In this document: one piece after another, positions 59,570 through 64,000 of the stretch
How positions within the stretch are numbered: position 1 is the first letter of the stretch
Layout: every line of letters starts with the position of its first letter
DNA from: the human T2T-CHM13v2.0 reference genome, Homo sapiens
DNA length: 64,000 bases
Assembly (NCBI RefSeq): GCF_009914755.1
Contig: NC_060936.1
Direction: 5' to 3' (one strand)
The notes under the pieces: generated by a model
What the model was told of the DNA's origin: nothing
Databases searched by the model: none
What the model saw: the letters and a program-made list of their open reading frames with translations, nothing else
Program-made: the position numbers and the translations under genes

Positions 59570-59720
59570 GCATTAGACAAGGAAAGAAAACCCAAGTCTC
59601 GGATTGAGTTCTGCTATTAAGATGTGAGACTTTGGGCAAGGACTTAACCTCCTCGACCTTTCATTTTCTCTTTGGTAAATGAGACTGCTCGACTACAGCA
59701 GCAGATCCCAATCTACTTCA
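59570..59720 (+). mobile_element. MIR fragment
   Basis: 'atgtgagactttgggcaaggacttaacctc...cattttctctttggtaaatgag'. Confidence 0.6.
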
Positions 59721-60843
59721 AGAAACATCTGTTCTCTAAGCATTAATACATTCTGTAAGAATAAAGATTTACTGGTGAAATATATAAATGAAATATGTTC
59801 CCTCATGAGCCTGTATCAAAGCACATTTTAACAACTTTAAGTCTATAAAGTATTTTGTCATAAAACTTTGGTTAGAGAGAGACATACACGTAGCTATTTG
59901 TTTAGTTTCCTGGAAAACCTTAGTGGAGAGATTTTGAGTTAAGGTTCTGAGTTAAAAGCAAAGGATTTTTACCATCTCAGCTATGAATGTTGTGCAAGAG
60001 TTTTGTTTTCATTTATAAAGTAATATGCTAATTATTTAAAAATAATTATTTAGAATAATTTAATTTTAGAATATTTTAATTTTGCTAATATTAATTTTTA
60101 AAATCTATTTATTGCCTCTTCTCTTTTAATTTCAAAAAGCAGCATCCAATTTCTTATGGCTTTCAAAAATGACTTATGTCTTTATTTACAATGTGCCAAA
60201 CATAAGATAAAGAAGAATCAAGACTAAAATAAAAGATATTTAAGTTCATGATGAACTAAAAGTATGAATATGTTTAATCCAGAGCAAGAATTCTTGATAT
60301 GAAATCAATACAGGGATTAATGAGTAAGTATTAAAGGTTTCATATACTGAATCAAATAGGAAAAAAATTTGGTATATGATTATGTGCATTTTTTCAGAGA
60401 AAGGGCCAAGAGATGTCATTAAATAGTCAAAAGGCCTTCAATTAAAAAAAATCCAGTAAAACCAGTAATCAAAGGGCATTCTAGAAATATACAAACATCT
60501 CTCCAAATTTTATGAAAAGTTATACTCACAAATTTTATAATTTTATTAATTGAAGTAAGAGACTAAAGAAAAAGACAAAAAGCCACTTTGTGGATGTTTT
60601 ATTTCATTAATAACAATCCTCTCTGTGGAGCTCTCTTTCTGTGTCTGTCTCTCTCTCCTCCCTCCCCTCAACAACAACAAAAAATATCTCTTAATAGCCT
60701 TGTTCATTGTTCCTTTCACTAACATAAGGAATTAACACCAGTTGATTTTATCATGAAAAGCCCCACAACTCCTGAATGCAGCTATCTAATATTATCGCTG
60801 TTGAAAAAATATTTCCTTTTAAATCTACTTTTGTTTTCTGTAC

Positions 60844-61033
60844 CATGGGTTAGCAAAACTTTTCTTTAAACAGCCAGATAATAAATATTTTAGGTATTGC
60901 AGGCCATATCACTGCTATAACTACACCGAATCTTTCCTCGTAGCACAAAAGTAGCCATACACAATACATAAATGGATGAGCATAGATGTTTTCCCAGATA
61001 ACTTTATGTACGAAAACAAGTTTGCAACCCCTG
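60844..61033 (+). mobile_element. MER58A (hAT-Charlie)
   Basis: 'catgggttagcaaaac...gccagataataaatattttagg...agccatacacaatacataaatggatgag...tttgcaacccctg'. Confidence 0.8.
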
Positions 61034-62069
61034 CTCTAGATCATATAATGTGAAGATCTCCACTGAGTATAATTGTAAAATATTTAATTATCAATATGTG
61101 AATCAGTAAATTTATAAACTATGGTTTTCTTTTTCCCCAGTAGCCAATACTCAGACAATTCTGTCATTATCTCTCATATTTGCCATGCTGGTAGGTTTTC
61201 TTCTAAAAATCTGCATAGGTTTTATTTTAATTCAATCTGAACTTTAAAATAAAATTTAAGTTCTAACTTCTTTGCTACATTTTTGTATTTATACTTGTAC
61301 TTCTCGGTAGTCTTGGTTTCATTGTGGATTTTCTCCAAGATCCTTTTCTAATTCATAGGTGTTATATTATTTCTTTTCTACTTGTTAATAATTTTCATTT
61401 TTATAATAAGATTTTAAATATCCTACAAAAAGTTGATTATCTCTTTTCCTTTATGATATTACTTTCTAACTCCTTAAATTGATTCTGTGTGGAAGAATAT
61501 CAGCTGTCTTCAATCAGGTTTTTAAGTTTTAACTCCTTTGCTTCCTTTCAGGGGAAATATGTGCTGATATAAATATGACAATTTATTCTCAGTTATAATT
61601 TTATTACTTGAAATAGGAGACAAAAACTAAATTTTATTTTCTGTTTTAAAAAACACCTTTAATGACAAAAGACCTTGGAAGTTCAGCAATTGTAGTTTTT
61701 ACAGCTTTAAATCACCTATCATACTCAAATCTTTTTGGCCTCCAAGTATATAAAATCAACTGAGCCTTTTGCTTTGTCATATGCAAATATCCACAGTATA
61801 AATCAATGTGCTTCATGATATGTAGAAGTTACAGCTTCTGAGATATTAGAGAATCATGCAGCAAAATAAACTCTTTAGTTCTATTGTTATTAAAATATTT
61901 AAAATGTTCATTATTTCAGACCTCAACAAATTGGATATTAAGTCAATTGCCACAAATGACTATAGAAATTATTTTGTTTTCCAACTAACTGTATTGACAG
62001 ATTAGAGAGGAAATTAAATATTCAAATTGATTTCTTACTCGAGGCTAATCTTTCCAGTTGTCATATTTT

Positions 62070-64000
62070 TCTTTTTATTTGTAAACTTCATTGAAGTATA
62101 GTTAATATTAAATGAAACACATCAATTTTAAGAGTACATTTTGATGTCTTTATATGTCTGTCTGTAATCATCATCCCAATTAAGATATAGTACATTTCAT
62201 CATGCTAAAATGTTTCCTCCTGCTCCTTTACAGTAAATTATAATTTTCATACCTGACACAGCCAACTACTGATCTATTTTTTTCTATTCCAGAATTTCAT
62301 TTCAATGAAAATATACAGTATGCATTTAATAGTGCCTGAATGCTTTTATTAAAAATATATATCTGAGCCTCATGCAAGTTGTTGGATGTGTCAGTAGATT
62401 GTTCCTTTTCATTCCCAAATGTGTTTTGATATTTAAAGTATTTTTTGTGAATAGAATATAATTAGATCTTGTTTTTTTAGGCAGTCTGACAATTGCTGTC
62501 TTTTGGTTTGTATGTTTAATCCATTTATATTTAATGTAATTATTGATATTGTATTGCAGTCTATATCTTAGTATTTCTTTTCTGTTTGCCCCATCTATTT
62601 TGTTCCTGTTTTTCATCTTCCCTTTTTCCTTCAAGATTACTTGAATACCTCTAGTATTCTTTTATTCCTTTTTATCTTCTCTACTGATGTTTTTGTTATA
62701 TAACTTTGTTGCACAATATGTTAGTTGTTCCAGTGTTTGCAATATATATTTAGACCTTACTATAATCTATTTACAAATAATATTATGTCACTTACCTATA
62801 CAACAGTGTATTTCTACACTACTTGTCTTTTGTGTTATTTCTATCATATAATGTACTCCCACAATGATATATACCACTCAAAATACTGCTTTTACAGTGG
62901 TATATATTTTTTGAGTGGTAAAAAGTACTACTTTTTATCAAAACAGACAATTGTATTTTAGAAAGTTTGGAAAACATAAAAATTGTTTATATATGTTTAT
63001 ACAATGGACAAATATGATTCTGACTTATCTGAATCTGATAACATTTTCCTTTATCCCAAAGAAGTTCAAGTAGTACAGGTTGGCTACTGCTATATATTTT
63101 TAACTTTTTTCTGTTGTAAATGGCATTATTTTGCCATACCTTTTGAAAGATATATTCACTGTGTACAGAATTCTGGCATGACTAACCAATTTCCAATAGA
63201 TTAATAATTTTATTTTATTGCCTCTGGCTAAATTCTGTCTGATGAGTATTCAGTAGACATTTAAATTTTTTCCCCTAGATGTAATGTGTCTTTTTGCTTT
63301 GCTACTTTTACAATATTATTTTCTTTGTCAATGGTTTTCTGCAATTTGATTATCATGTCTCTTAGTGTAATGCTACTTGGGGTTCATTAAATTTCCTGGA
63401 TTTCTGGATTAATTTTTAAAAATCAAATTTGAAAAATTTTCACATATTATTTTCTCAAACATTTACCTAACCACCCATCTTTAGGATACTTGAATCACAT
63501 ATGTGTTATGTTACTTAATTTTGTCCAAAAATCATCAAAATTTTAAATTTTTTCAGTGTTTTATTTTTTGTTCTTATGTTTTAGTTTGGATAATTTCTAA
63601 TGTCATATTTTCAAATCTACTTAAGTCTTACTTGAGAAAAACTAATTTCCTATTAAGTCCATCCGTGTCAGATATATAGTCAGGTATATAAGTTCCATTC
63701 AGCTCTTTAACCTTCTATATTTCTCATGATCACATTATGCTTTTCTTAAGTACTTGTACGTATTTACTTAGCTCTTTTAAAGTTTTAATGTGCTAATTCA
63801 ATTATCCCTGTCATTTTTTATTCTGTTTCTATTGACTAATTTTCTCCTGATTATGTGTCACATTTTTTAGCTTTTTTGCCTATTTAGCAATCATTGATTG
63901 GCTGCTGGAGAGTTTGAACATCGTTGGGTGTATGAATATTGTTGCCTTTCTTTAGTGTTTGGTTTTGTTCTGCAAACCATTAATTTACTTGCCAATCACC
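62070..64000 (-). mobile_element. Old L1M (MC/ME-like) relics: 3' end ~62070-62420 joined to an ORF2-start/ORF1 region
   Basis: T-rich antisense L1 motifs 'tgtttaatccatttatatttaatgtaattattgata', 'tatattcactgtgtacagaattctgg', 'atcaaatttgaaaaattttca'. Confidence 0.65.

Overview
This is 64 kb of AT-rich, CpG-poor primate genomic DNA, most likely human because it carries an AluYa5-type insertion. It reads as intronic or intergenic sequence. I can recognise no functional protein-coding exon, RNA gene, CRISPR array or prokaryotic system, and I found no undescribed multi-gene system. More than half of the window is transposon-derived. Main elements: (1) an old L1MB 3' segment (~4.2-11.1 kb) split by a 5'-inverted L1PA15/16 and by a 5'-complete L1PA5/6 that has an in-frame ORF2 deletion and an apparent multi-step 3' transduction; (2) an RPL7 processed pseudogene; (3) a ~2.5 kb L2 relic; (4) a four-layer nest of L1M > L1PB > full-length THE1C > AluYa5-like at 35.8-46.1 kb; (5) further Alu, MIR, L2, MLT1, MER39, LTR33-like, MER2, MER58A and MADE1 copies. 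Non-repeat observations: an old ~220 bp direct duplication (34.0/35.1 kb), a ~97%-identical 195 bp tandem duplication (58.1 kb), and a repeat-free, motif-dense block at ~48.8-50.0 kb that looks like a developmental enhancer or promoter. Subfamily names come from remembered consensus sequences, and boundaries of old repeats are approximate.
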